From Octopus bimaculoides (Eukaryota), in assembly GCF_001194135.2 (NCBI RefSeq), contig NC_068992.1, forward strand, positions 63,558,274-63,622,273: a stretch of 64,000 nucleotides of DNA, read 5' to 3'. This document shows, piece by piece, positions 24,374 through 36,744 of this stretch (position 1 is the first letter of the stretch; each line of letters opens with the position of its first letter). The notes under the pieces are model-generated. The model saw nothing but the letters and a program-made list of their open reading frames with translations. It had not been told where the DNA came from and searched no databases. The position numbers were made by a program, and so were the translations under genes.

Positions 24374-25219
24374 NNNNNNNNNNNNNNNNNNNNNNNNNNN
24401 NNNNNNNNNNNNNNNNNNNNNNNNNNNNNNNNNNNNNNNNNNNNNNNNNNNNNNNNNNNNNNNNNNNNNNNNNNNNNNNNNNNNNNNNNNNNNNNNNNNN
24501 NNNNNNNNNNNNNNNNNNNNNNNNNNNNNNNNNNNNNNNNNNNNNNNNNNNNNNNNNNNNNNNNNNNNNNNNNNNNNNNNNNNNNNNNNNNNNNNNNNNN
24601 NNNNNNNNNNNNNNNNNNNNNNNNNNNNNNNNNNNNNNNNNNNNNNNNNNNNNNNNNNNNNNNNNNNNNNNNNNNNNNNNNNNNNNNNNNNNNNNNNNNN
24701 NNNNNNNNNNNNNNNNNNNNNNNNNNNNNNNNNNNNNNNNNNNNNNNNNNNNNNNNNNNNNNNNNNNNNNNNNNNNNNNNNNNNNNNNNNNNNNNNNNNN
24801 NNNNNNNNNNNNNNNNNNNNNNNNNNNNNNNNNNNNNNNNNNNNNNNNNNNNNNNNNNNNNNNNNNNNNNNNNNNNNNNNNNNNNNNNNNNNNNNNNNNN
24901 NNNNNNNNNNNNNNNNNNNNNNNNNNNNNNNNNNNNNNNNNNNNNNNNNNNNNNNNNNNNNNNNNNNNNNNNNNNNNNNNNNNNNNNNNNNNNNNNNNNN
25001 NNNNNNNNNNNNNNNNNNNNNNNNNNNNNNNNNNNNNNNNNNNNNNNNNNNNNNNNNNNNNNNNNNNNNNNNNNNNNNNNNNNNNNNNNNNNNNNTATAT
25101 ATATATATATATATAAATAACTATATATATGATATTATATTATATCATATTATATTATATCATGTCATATTATAATATTCTGCACACATATTATACACAT
25201 ATGACATAGAATATAGTTG

Positions 25220-25405
25220 ATAGCGTCGGCACAGTGCGAACAAGCGGCTAAAAAGTTTGTTTCCCAACCACGATGTCTCGGGTTCGATCACGTTATATAG
25301 CATTTTAATTTAATGCCATTTTCTATAGCCTCGGACCTAACTATACCTTGTGATTGAAATTATGTATAAATTATGTAGACAGAAAGTGTATAAAAGCTTG
25401 TCAGT
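25220..25405 (+). mobile_element. SINE family A, degenerate head
   Basis: cccaaccacgatgtctcgggttcgatc...ttctatagcctcggacc. Confidence 0.65.
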
Positions 25406-25721
25406 TGGATTGTTCCTATATTTCAAAAGCATAGCTTTGTTATATACTGCGTCATGTCGATTCTGCTTGAGAACTATAAGGGTGCATTAGCCTCTGGAAT
25501 ATTCAGCCATTTGCACACTAATACAAGAGGAGGTAATTCATTTGATCGAAAAACTGAATCTTCATCGTCAAACGACGGAGATCCTGCCCCACATTTTATA
25601 ATAAACAAAACACTGGGAAAAACTAACACTGCCTGAGTCCAGGGTGCATAGAGCTACGCTCATTTGTAGAGTGAAAGTAAACTATAAACTTAACACAACT
25701 CAATGCTTCTTTTATACATTT

Positions 25722-26018
25722 TTCTATTATAAGCACAAGACTTGAAATTTGGGGGAGAGTATCTACACGTTGACATCGACTCCAGTGCCCAGCTGGTACT
25801 ATTTTATCGACCCTAAATGGATGTAAGTCAAAGTCAACCTCGGTGGAATTTTTAACAATAATTCTTTCAACTATAGGTAGAAGGCCTGAAATTTGGTCGG
25901 CTGGCGCTTATTTTTTGTCAATCTCGAAAAATGAAAGACAAATTCGACCTTACTGGAAAGAGCCGGTAGAAATACCGCAAATTATTTTATCCGGGGTGGT
26001 AATGATTCTGCCAGCTAA
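25722..26018 (-). mobile_element. Two tandem SINE family B copies
   Basis: Two tail-to-body segments ('caaga(a)ggc(c)tgaaatttgg') followed by head gattctgccagct. Confidence 0.75.
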
Positions 26019-26030
26019 CATTCTAAAATG

Positions 26031-26249
26031 CAAGGCGTTGCTGAAAAGTTCCTGGCTTTAAGGTTATCGCGAAGGGCCTGGTTGGAGGCTCATATTCCGA
26101 GTTCTTTTACCGAGCTTAGAAAACCTGAAGGACCGCTGCAATAAGTGTGTGGATCTGAGAGGGGAATGTGTCGAAGAAAATCATAATTAACTGACCCCAC
26201 CCCCGTATTTTCTTTTACCCACAGCCAGGAACTTTTTAGCAGCCCTTCG
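26031..26249 (+). mobile_element. Mariner-derived MITE, copy 3
   Basis: Colinear with 21059-21274; right end cagcccttcg followed by TA. Confidence 0.9.
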
Positions 26250-26267
26250 TACTGGTTTTATAATGCT

Positions 26268-26722
26268 TGCTAACATTTGTACAGGGCACACCCGAAAAGT
26301 GTTGGAAAGGGGGCAAATAGATTAGATGAACTCCAGTAATTGATTGAAAATTATATTTGTCTACCCCAGAAGGATGAGTAGCAAAGCTGACTTCGGCAAT
26401 ATTTGATCTCAGAACGTACGGAGCAAAAACAAATGCTGCAACGCATTTTTCTCGACGCACCTATGTTTCTGCTAATCCTCCACATTTAATATTTATGTTT
26501 TAATAATTTCTAATAGAAGTACAAGACTACGGAGTCAGTGACTTAAAGTACAATCAGTCGATTCCGTTGACACCACAAGTTTACTTGTACTCTCTTTTGC
26601 GGACTTCCTGAAGGATGAAAGAGATGTTTGAGCCTGGCGGGATGTGAACTCAGAACGTCAAGCTTAGTAGTGCGATGCATTTCGTCCGACGCTCTACGAA
26701 ACCTGTTTATCCGTTGCTCGTC
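26268..26722 (-). mobile_element. Two further diverged SINE family B copies (26268-26483, 26506-26722)
   Basis: Both contain 'aaggatga..g' and 'tga(a/t)ctcagaacgt' segments in minus orientation. Confidence 0.7.
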
Positions 26723-27048
26723 TTCCCTGAGATATTCTTAGTATTTCTTTGTGGACAAATTTATCATTGCTGCTGCTGGCGTTCTTCCTGCTCCAGCTAA
26801 GTTTTTGTTGCCGCCGTTTGCATCACATCTAATTTCCAGTTTGATGTGAAGTATGAAAACACATACATACATACATACATACATATGTACGTACGTACGT
26901 ACGTACTACAGCACATATAAATTTATCTTCAATCCCTCTCTTCACATAAATATTTATATATACAAATGTGTATGCATGTATATATGTATGTGTGTGTGTA
27001 CACATACATACATGTATATATACATACATATTCAACTATATACACACA

Positions 27049-27138
<90 letters not shown>

Positions 27139-27170
27139 GCATATATTCATTTATATATATGGTGTGTGTA

Positions 27171-27216
<46 letters not shown>

Positions 27217-27296
27217 ATTAAAATGTTGCCTTCCAAAATTGTAAACCACAGCGTAACATAGCTGTAAATTCAATTATACACGTACATATGTGTGTT

Positions 27297-27328
<32 letters not shown>

Positions 27329-28114
27329 CGTGTATGCATGTATGTATGAATGTATGTATGTACATACATTCACACACACACACACACATATATATATAAA
27401 TATATATGTATATATGTATAATTCTATTAAAATTCCACTCATTCAGGTCAAGCGGTAAGGAAGCCAAATTTATGCAGGTTTGTATTACAATACTGAAGTA
27501 ATTGATATTACATCATAGAAATAAACTTCCCGCCAAAACAGTAATGTTCTAGAAAAAAATGAGGGGAAAAATGCTAAAAGAAAAATAACATCACAAGTAA
27601 ACAACGAAGATATAACATCTGGTCGCTAAAATTTAGTTCATGGACGAGTATATACTTTTGTACGCTGTAGTTGTTGATTTGGGTGGATAAAAGAACACAC
27701 ATACACATTTCTTTTTTTTTTTAACTGCTGTCTTTATTGGATGGCTAGCGGCCATGTCTAATGTGAAGTGTGTAATTTGTAAAGATAGCTTTGTATGCAT
27801 AAAAAGGCTTGTTTCTGATGGCTACATCTTTCGATTCATTGAACGCCATAGTTGTCTGTTTTGTTTTTATGTTGATCAAAAATACTGTATCGGGGATTTT
27901 CGATGTCTTCGTCAAGGGAGGATAACACATGACCTTCACAAGCCTTCAGGGAATAGCGAGATTTGATGTTCATCTTTAAGAATTGCATATAAAGGTATTC
28001 CAGAGAAATGACGATTTGAGAGGAAGGGTTGTAGATAATGATTTTTGTGGTCCTGGCAGAGACACAGAGTGGTTGACAAAACAAGAAAAGATCGGTGCGT
28101 CTGATTGTCGTTGT

Positions 28115-28330
28115 TTTCGTTGTTGCTTAACCCTAGTCAGCTCTGATGGAAGATACTTATGAGTAAAGACATTCTAGACATAACCAACTCGACTTTTTCT
28201 TACTGCAGTGAACCTGGGACCATATTGTATCCAATATATCATATTCTAAGACAGTGAGATGTGATTGAGAGAAATTTGGTGGTTATTTCTAGCAAATCAA
28301 GTGACCACATTGGGACTCGCTCGTTAGTGG
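28115..28330 (+). mobile_element. Interspersed repeat family D (unclassified); fragments also near 1860, 17840, 34445, 46600 and 55350
   Basis: Shared motifs 'gtcagc.ctgat' and 'gatttgag.gagatttgg.tgctatttctagca' across copies. Confidence 0.6.
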
Positions 28331-29004
28331 AACTGGGTTGTGAAGCGAATAAACAACCAGCAAATTATGAAGAGATGATGTTGGAGTAGTGGTATACAAG
28401 ACAGAGCGGAAGATCAGCGCAGTTGTGAGCTAGTTGTTAACGTGTAAACGTGAATGGGCTTTATGCTTAACTGTCGCGTAATTTATTTATTTTCAAAATT
28501 AGGATGCAGTCGACTGCTTGTATGTGTAACAGCATTACACTCCAAGATATAAGAGCAGTAATCCATTGTGGATTTCACAATGGATTACTGCTGTGAAGGC
28601 AGAACCTACTATAATTAGAAACTGGAATATGTTCTGGCCTTGAGAGACAAAGCTTATGTTTGAGATGTGAGATTTCGCCAATTTATAAATGAAATAGTTT
28701 GATTTAAATATCGTGTAAAAGTTTTTGACTTCAATCTCTCATAGCGTAATGATGAGTCATTAACCCATTTCGGAGTCTGCTTTAAGTAAACATCCATAGA
28801 CAGTTCTCTAATAGAGATAGGACAGCCGTTTCTCTTTGAACAGCACAAATACACGATTACTACACATTAAATGGCAATAACTTTATATCACGCCCTCTTA
28901 ATACTTCCAAAACACTTATAACTACTAGTCCTCACATGGCTAACGGACTATCATGGTGCCCCTCTCACGCACACACACACGCAGATACCACTTACACACA
29001 CACG

Positions 29005-29044
<40 letters not shown>

Positions 29045-29182
29045 AAAATGAATATGTATGTATGTATATAGGTATGTATATATATATATATATTCGGCTA
29101 TCCAGGGTTTCCTTCTCCGGCGCGTATACATACATGCATGCATACATACATACATGCATGCATACATACATACATACATACA

Positions 29183-29213
<31 letters not shown>

Positions 29214-29658
29214 GTACGTATGTATGTGTATATATGTATATATATACATATATATATATATATGCGTGTATGTATATTTATATATATGTCTATGTATATA
29301 TATGTACATATATATATACATGCATGTATATTTGTATATATGGAAAGCGAAACATTACTAGAAAGCTTGTTTATATAATATTTAGTTAACTAAATATTAT
29401 ATAAACAAACTGGTCCGTTTTGTTTATTTTCTCGGTGTACTCTCTAACCTGCACAACTGTAGATTCCCTTCAAATGAAACAGGACCTATAATGCGAATCT
29501 TTCTCACAGCTTCCTCTTTGGATGTACAGCAATATACACAGAGTTGTAAAATGCTGGTTAGGTTGCCAAATTTAGATTCAAATCACACGATACATTCATA
29601 TACACATATGTATATATGTATGTATATATATATATATATATAAATTAGTAACAAAAAT

Positions 29659-29820
29659 TGTGTAACTGTCTATTCATTACGGCCGTTTCTAGCGACTCCT
29701 TTAATTGACCAATGAAAGCATTACATCATTAAAAAAGAAAACCGTTGTAATGATGTAATGCTCTCATTGATCAATTAAAGAAGTCGCTCGAAACGGCAGT
29801 AATGAATTGGCAGTTACACA
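29659..29820. repeat. Long inverted repeat (72-bp arms, 18-bp spacer)
   Basis: 29659-29730 aligns without gaps to the reverse complement of 29749-29820 with about 7 mismatches. Confidence 0.9.
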
Positions 29821-30016
29821 TATTACTAAGTTATGTTTTACTCATCTACCCTGGAATCTGCACTTCGGAAGTATTTAGAAAGTAGCTTTATATAAATTAC
29901 ATGTCTGAACAAACAAGAGCGGATTTATTCACTAAGTTGTATTGTGCCATCTGCATACACTGCATGAATATCGGATGGAAAAAATTCTATGTAGAGTTTG
30001 ATACTCATCTAATACT

Positions 30017-30332
30017 GTCTGGGTTCAGGCCCACTGCATGGCACCTTGGGCAAGTGTCTTCTACTATAGCCTCGGGCCGACCAAAGCCTTGTGAGTGGAT
30101 TTGGTAGACGGAAACTGTATATGTTTGTGTGTCTATATTTGTCCCCTCACCATCGTTTGACAACCGATGCTGGTGTGTTTATGTCTCCGTAAATTAGCGG
30201 TTCGGCAAAACAGACCGATAGAATAAGTACTAAGCTTACAAAGAATAAGTCCTGGGGTCGATTTGCTCGACTAAAGGCGGTGCTCCAGCATGGCCGCAGT
30301 CATATGACTGAAACGAATAAAAGAATAAAAGA
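30017..30332 (+). mobile_element. SINE family A, 5'-truncated, low divergence
   Basis: gggttcaggcccactgcatggcaccttgggcaagtgtcttc...gactgaaacgaataaaagaataaaaga. Confidence 0.95.
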
Positions 30333-30599
30333 ATATATATATATATATATATATATTATAAGGAGAAAAGAGAAAATGGATAGTTTTAACTGATAAAATT
30401 CAATTTATTTACATATTGTCAGAATTCTCTATAACCTACAGTTTGTTTCTGTACTCAACTCAATCAATCTTAAATTAATAAATTAAAAATTAAAAATTGC
30501 ATCTTGAAATAGCGAGTTAAATAATTCCTCATATATCGAAGTGTAATATATCATTAAACTCCATAATATGCTTAATTGGTGCCTATTTGAACAATAAAC

Positions 30600-31097
30600 A
30601 CTTGTTATTTGTTGCTTGTTCTTGTTTGGATTGCCTATATACCGCACGCTCACACGGACCCCGGCCTTATGACTGACTTCGGAGCACCTAATTCCTGGAA
30701 TTCTTGTACCTCCGGATTACTGTTCCTGTTCATTCGGATTACGCCACTCTACACCTTGATTGGAAATCATTACAATTTGCCCGTGACTCTTCCTCTTTAA
30801 CTCGTCTTCCCTCAACCTATTTTCTGTTCTCCTTCCACTTTCCTCCCCTTTTCACTTTCTCTTTTCCTTTTTGTCGCCACCAATAACACCTCAATAAGTG
30901 ACCGCGTGTGTATCGCTGGCGATTTTTTTTCTCCGTCTTCCCTTCTTTGGATTTTTTCTATATTTCTGATGAAGAGCTCCGCTCGAAACATGAAATCCTC
31001 TTTCTTTCCTTTCCTTTCCTGAGCGTCCAATAACACTGTACTTATACCACGTCCTCACGTTGTTGTTTTTTCTTGCTTGTTCTTGTTTGGATTGATA

Positions 31098-31129
<32 letters not shown>

Positions 31130-31500
31130 CGTTAAGGCAAGGCAAGCAAGAAAAGTAAATAAATAGAAAGAGAAGTAGATAGAGTGTGTGGGGGACTACT
31201 TTTCTTTCCTTTACCACTTAATAGCCACCTCCGCTACCATTTTGTTATTGAACGCTGATATGTTCACGTCTTTTCTCTCGATCTTTACAATATCCTACAT
31301 GGATCCACGCACAATTGCACCTAAGGACTTATGCACTTATTTCTACAACTTAGGAGAGTTGAACTGTGAACTTTTACGCTTCATTTTTCTTTTCTCTCTT
31401 CATCTCCTTATTCCTTTACTCCTGTCCTTTATTTCGTCATTTCATTAATTTACACCTTTCTCATTTTCACTATTTGTCTCTGATGACAGAATATCTTGTA
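30600..31500 (+). mobile_element. Penelope-like element terminal remnants
   Basis: Direct repeat ttgcttgttcttgtttggattg near 30611 and 31073, CT-rich tracts, hammerhead motif at 30962. Confidence 0.5.
30962..30996 (+). ncRNA. Minimal hammerhead-like motif, cleavage triplet lost
   Basis: AUUU-CUGAUGA-A-GAGC-UCC-GCUC-GAAA-CAUG-AAAU; the triplet reads AUG, not NUH. Confidence 0.65.
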
Positions 31501-31773
31501 CTCTGGGATATTCTAAGATTGTAAGACTTTGAATTTTTCCAATAATAATGACTATGTATATGACTAAAGATCTTTGCCTTGCCTTAACGTTTGTTGTCCT
31601 CTTTAACAATTATATATTCGCTGTATCTGAAATCTGCAATGGCTCCATAACTACCGTCTCGGCTACGACCTTGGAGCTCTAGTAATCCGTTACAGCACTT
31701 ACCTAGCGTACCTAATCATTTAGATCACCTGTGAATTAAACCTCCATACTTTGTGTGTAAGTATATATATATC

Positions 31774-31981
31774 CTTTTATTCTTATATTTGTTTCAGTTA
31801 TTTGACTGCGGTCATGCTGGAGCACCGCCTTTCATCGAGCAAATCAACCCCAGGACTTATTCTTTGTAAACCTAGTACTTATTCTATCGGTCTGTTTTGC
31901 CGAACCGCTAAGTTACGGGGACGTAAACACACCAGTATCGGTTGTCAAACGATGTTGGTGGAGGGGACAAGCAGAGACACA

Positions 31982-31985
<4 letters not shown>
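31774..31985 (-). mobile_element. SINE family A, 3' half
   Basis: Near-identical to the reverse complement of 30130-30332. Confidence 0.9.
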
Positions 31986-32033
<48 letters not shown>

Positions 32034-32327
32034 ATATTAGGGAATGTAAAATTCCAAACATACAGGAATATTCAATTGAGTAATACCAAATTGAATTTTA
32101 TAATCAATAATATATGTATGTAAATATAATTTAGAGAAGAACCACCAATATACGATTCAAACAATCAAGGAGACCAATCACCATCAAGAAAAACGTACTC
32201 TACAAAATACGAATTTAAAAATCTATAAGATCTAAAAGAAAAGTATAAAATTCATAAAAATCTATAAAATACTAGACTAAAAATTTAATTCAACTTAGTA
32301 AATTGATAAAATAGAAGGTAAAGTGTT

Positions 32328-32432
32328 GACTACGCGTGTTTCGTGGCCACATTATAGCAGAAATAACCAGTACAATTCACCATAAATTGATCAAGATTAT
32401 ATTCTACTCAAAATACAGTCACTCATCAGGTC
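32328..32432 (-). ncRNA. Type I hammerhead ribozyme motif with intact core and long stem II domain
   Basis: GAC-CUGAUGA-GUGAC...(80-nt domain)...GGCCAC-GAAAC-ACGC-GUA-GUC. Confidence 0.7.
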
Positions 32433-32724
32433 TCTGGAAAAAATAAGAATTCAAATAACGTATCTTACTAGATAGATAATAAAAATATCAGTACTTGTAG
32501 GAAAGCTCTCGTTAGTAGAATAAATGAAATGTAAACACTTAATACTAATCATTCAAGTTAAAGCTATGATTCAACTAAAATAATTTCTGTGGACTAATGT
32601 TAAACGTCTTTGTGAACAGAAATACATATAAAAAGATAATGTTATTAAATAAATAAAATCGAACGTTAAACAATATTAGTAAAATAAACGGCATAGAGTT
32701 CGCAAGAGATCGTCGATATGATAA

Positions 32725-32766
<42 letters not shown>

Positions 32767-33271
32767 GCTGTGAAAATGCGAGTGCAAGTATCGGATAGAT
32801 AGGCACATAGTAAGCTCACTTGCCATTTACCCTTCTGAAAATAGCGTTCTCTGTTTGTCCCATGAAGTTTTCTGTGTTGTTAATATGTATGCTTATATGC
32901 TTCTAAATTATGTACGTCTATCCACATGGTATGCATAATAATATCAAACATTTCCTACTGCAAATATTTATTTACATGCAGATGAATTCTATAATTGTTT
33001 GTCCGTTTTTCCTCTTATATATAAGTCTGTCCGATTCCAAATCAAAAGTGGGCAGGAACTAAGTAACAACAGCAACAAACGACATCAACAACAACAACAG
33101 CAACTCAAATACGTTCTGATCAATAAGTGAGTTTCTATGTGGTCATCCCCCGCTTTGTTAAAGATTGCGAAGTCTCCTTGAAAGCATGCCTCACCGTTTG
33201 AACAAAAAAGAACACATTGGATTAGATAGCCTGGGATACACTATATGGCAGTCTGTCAGTTACCAAAGGCG

Positions 33272-33460
33272 AGTGTTCCAGTTGATCCGATCAGCGGAAA
33301 AGCCTGCTCGCGAAATTAGCGTGCAAGAGGTTGAGCAATCCACAAGCAACGTGAAATAAAGTGTCTTGCTCAAGGACACAATGCGCCGCTGGCAACCGAA
33401 CTCACGAACTGAATACCCTAACTAGCTGAATACCCTAACCACTAATCCAAGCACTTCCAC
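33272..33460 (-). mobile_element. CORE-type SINE (family C related), internally deleted
   Basis: Contains the reverse complement of ttgtgtccttgagcaagacac (CORE-like) and a tail matching 60000-60075. Confidence 0.7.
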
Positions 33461-33706
33461 TCAATATAAAGGTAGGATGGTCATAGTTGAAAATTTTGCT
33501 GGACCTGACGCCGACAACAATAAATGGATACCAATCACACACACACGCACGCAAACACACACGCACACACAGGCACGCAAACACACAGNNNNNNNNNNNN
33601 NNNNNNNNNNNNNNNNNNNNNNNNNNNNNNNNNNNNNNNNNNNNNNNNNNNNNNNNNNNNNNNNNNNNNNNNNNNNNNNNNNNNNNNNNNNNNNNNNNNN
33701 NNNNNN

Positions 33707-33744
<38 letters not shown>

Positions 33745-35026
33745 TGAAACGTGCTTTTTCCTTTTACATGTCAATAAAAAAGAAAACATGAATATATTAT
33801 TTCAAACGGACATAAATATATTTCTGTTAACTGGCAACAGGCGGAGATAACGTTCGCGATACATGTTATTATTTTTTTTTTCTGTCTCTGCCAATTAAGT
33901 ATCAGTAACTAAACGGAAATTCTTTGACTAACGAACATTTCGAGGGTTGACACATTGCTAAGTTCTTGAATTCTTTGCTATTTTTCTAGCAGGATATTTC
34001 TCGAATATTTTTATGTCTCTGAGAACTTGAAGACCTGATTGCATATTTCGTAAGAGTAAACAGTACAGAAGAGAAACGATTAAAAAAAAAAGTCTTTCAC
34101 AGTTTCTAACCGCAGAATAACCGGTTATTCGTTTTAGTTTGTTTTATGGTTTCGTCATGGAAGGAAGGCTAGCATCCATGAACTTTTGTAGAGCTTCCAA
34201 GAATAGTGGAAGGAAGCGGGGGAGAAACCTCAAAGGCGAGACGGGTCTGGATAATTTTAGTTGATTCTGCTAAATGAACCCAAGATTCAGATGGGGAAAA
34301 CTAAACCAGGTGACGAAGTGATTCGAAATTTTCAGTGATAAGAAAAATTGTGAAAACGTTGTAAACTCGCGTAGTTTTGTTGTGAATTTAAGGAAGTAAA
34401 CCCTTTCAATACTTTTAAAATAGGTTTTGTCTATTTTTTTGTTTGTTGTTTTTAGACTCAGGTCAGCGCTGATCCGGCAGATTGTTACATACCAGGTAAA
34501 AATTTATTTTTGAGAGGACATTTCAAGATAAACGCCATGCTTCTATTGAAGAATGTTAATTTTATTCTTATTATACTGTACTTTGCAATGTATAGTTGTC
34601 TTGTTACATTTACGGTAACAAGACAGGGAAAACTGTGCTTGATTATTAACCCGTTGGTAGCGAAAAAGTCAGCATGTCGTTCTTTTAAGTTCCAAAGATA
34701 TCTAGATAAGTTTTTACATGCTTCTTGTCGTCGTCTTTTGTGTAAACGTTAGCTCTTTGGCTCATAGGAACGTTTTGCAAATTTTGAAGGTTCTAGATAT
34801 TTCAGCCATTTGTAGCTTATGAATTAAGGAGCTTCGTTATTCCTTCACAAATCTGAATTCAGTTATACTGTGGTCCAGGTGGGTTAGTATATAACCTATG
34901 GTCCCAATATCAATAAGTATGAAGCTGAATGTAGATACTAGATCTAGAACAAATAGTCAGTTGGGTACAGAGCAATAATAAGAAATTAAAATGACAAGAT
35001 GATGAATTATGTCATGAACTTCATTG

Positions 35027-35105
35027 GCTTTCAGCTGTTTCTGCTATATGATGTAATTCATTCATACACGAGTGCTTGTGTATTACTTTATAGCATCATC
35101 AGAGC
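35027..35105 (-). ncRNA. Hammerhead-like motif with 7-bp stem II and mutated U16.1
   Basis: GCU-CUGAUGA-UGCUAUA...UAUAGCA-GAAAC-AGCU-GAA-AGC. Confidence 0.65.
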
Positions 35106-35119
35106 TTCAGCAGATGCAT

Positions 35120-35178
<59 letters not shown>

Positions 35179-36084
35179 TGCGTGTGTGTGTGTGCATTCG
35201 TGTTTGTATGTGTGTGTGCGTATGTGTGTGTAAATCATATAAATGTATGGTAATTGACCATACATCTAGTCTTTCGAAAATATGAGTAATTACATTACAG
35301 AAACATCATTAGATGAGAGCAACGAATGGGTCAACGACCTGTGTTTCATATATTCCAATATACACCACGGTTGCTCATTTCATCCTCAGCTACTGAACAT
35401 ATAAACGACACAAACAAAAGTGTTGCTGTCATAAAGTCGTTCACATGGTACAACTATGAGGGGAATTNNNNNNNNNNNNNNNNNNNNNNNNNNNNNNNNN
35501 NNNNNNNNNNNNNNNNNNNNNNNNNNNNNNNNNNNNNNNNNNNNNNNNNNNNNNNNNNNNNNNNNNNNNNNNNNNNNNNNNNNNNNNNNNNNNNNNNNNN
35601 NNNNNNNNNNNNNNNNNNNNNNNNNNNNNNNNNNNNNNNNNNNNNNNNNNNNNNNNNNNNNNNNNNNNNNNNNNNNNNNNNNNNNNNNNNNNNNNNNNNN
35701 NNNNNNNNNNNNNNNNNNNNNNNNNNNNNNNNNNNNNNNNNNNNNNNNNNNNNNNNNNNNNNNNNNNNNNNNNNNNNNNNNNNNNNNNNNNNNNNNNNNN
35801 NNNNNNNNNNNNNNNNNNNNNNNNNNNNNNNNNNNNNNNNNNNNNNNNNNNNNNNNNNNNNNNNNNNNNNNNNNNNNNNNNNNNNNNNNNNNNNNNNNNN
35901 NNNNNNNNNNNNNNNNNNNNNNNNNNNNNNNNNNNNNNNNNNNNNNNNNNNNNNNNNNNNNNNNNNNNNNNNNNNNNNNNNNNNNNNNNNNNNNNNNNNN
36001 NNNNNNNNNNNNNNNNNNNNNNNNNNNNNNNNNNNNNNNNNNNNNNNNNNNNNNNNNNNNNNNNNNNNNNNNNNNNNNNNNNNN

Positions 36085-36118
<34 letters not shown>

Positions 36119-36261
36119 GCATATATATATATGCATATACATACATATATACATGCAAATATATACATACCTAGACATGCATATATATACATATATACAT
36201 ATATACATGCATACATATATTCATAGAAATACACACACACATAATATATACATGATATACA

Positions 36262-36488
36262 CAGTAATCTCTCGACTATCGCGGGTGTTATTTTCCAACC
36301 CCACCCCTACCCGCGATACGTGAAAATTCGCGAAGTAGAAACAGTACTGTACTGAATATAATTTTCATCATTTTTTATAATTTGTATATCTTTATTTTAT
36401 TATAAATGCAAAACAACACCACAGAGGAATAATAGATTGCAATAGGTGAACCACGATAGGCAAACCGCGATATGGTGAGGGATAACTG
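36262..36488. mobile_element. Tigger-type MITE
   Basis: TIRs cagtaatctctcgactatcgcgg / ccgcgatatggtgagggataactg followed by TA. Confidence 0.8.
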
Positions 36489-36596
36489 TAAATATATATA
36501 TATATATATATATACATATCGCGAGAATTCACAAAAAAGCAAAAGACGAAGAAAACAAACAGACGTATTAGTATAACGCTCGGGAAGTGAAAAAGT

Positions 36597-36632
36597 CTTT
36601 AACGTTTCGAGCCTACGCTCTTCCACAGAAAG
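36597..36632 (-). ncRNA. Minimal hammerhead motif, A6U core variant
   Basis: CUUU-CUGUGGA-A-GAGC-GUAG-GCUC-GAAA-CGUU-AAAG within a repeat homologous to 48340-48530. Confidence 0.6.
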
Positions 36633-36712
36633 GAATACGGAAAGAAACAAGGAGAGAAAAAAAGAATGTGTAGTGGCTAGCGATCTGTATGTATGCATAT
36701 ATATTATATCTG

Positions 36713-36744
<32 letters not shown>

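Noticed and set aside
27950-28085. LINE 3'-end remnant
   Set aside because: Only faint, frameshifted resemblance; not enough support to list as a feature.
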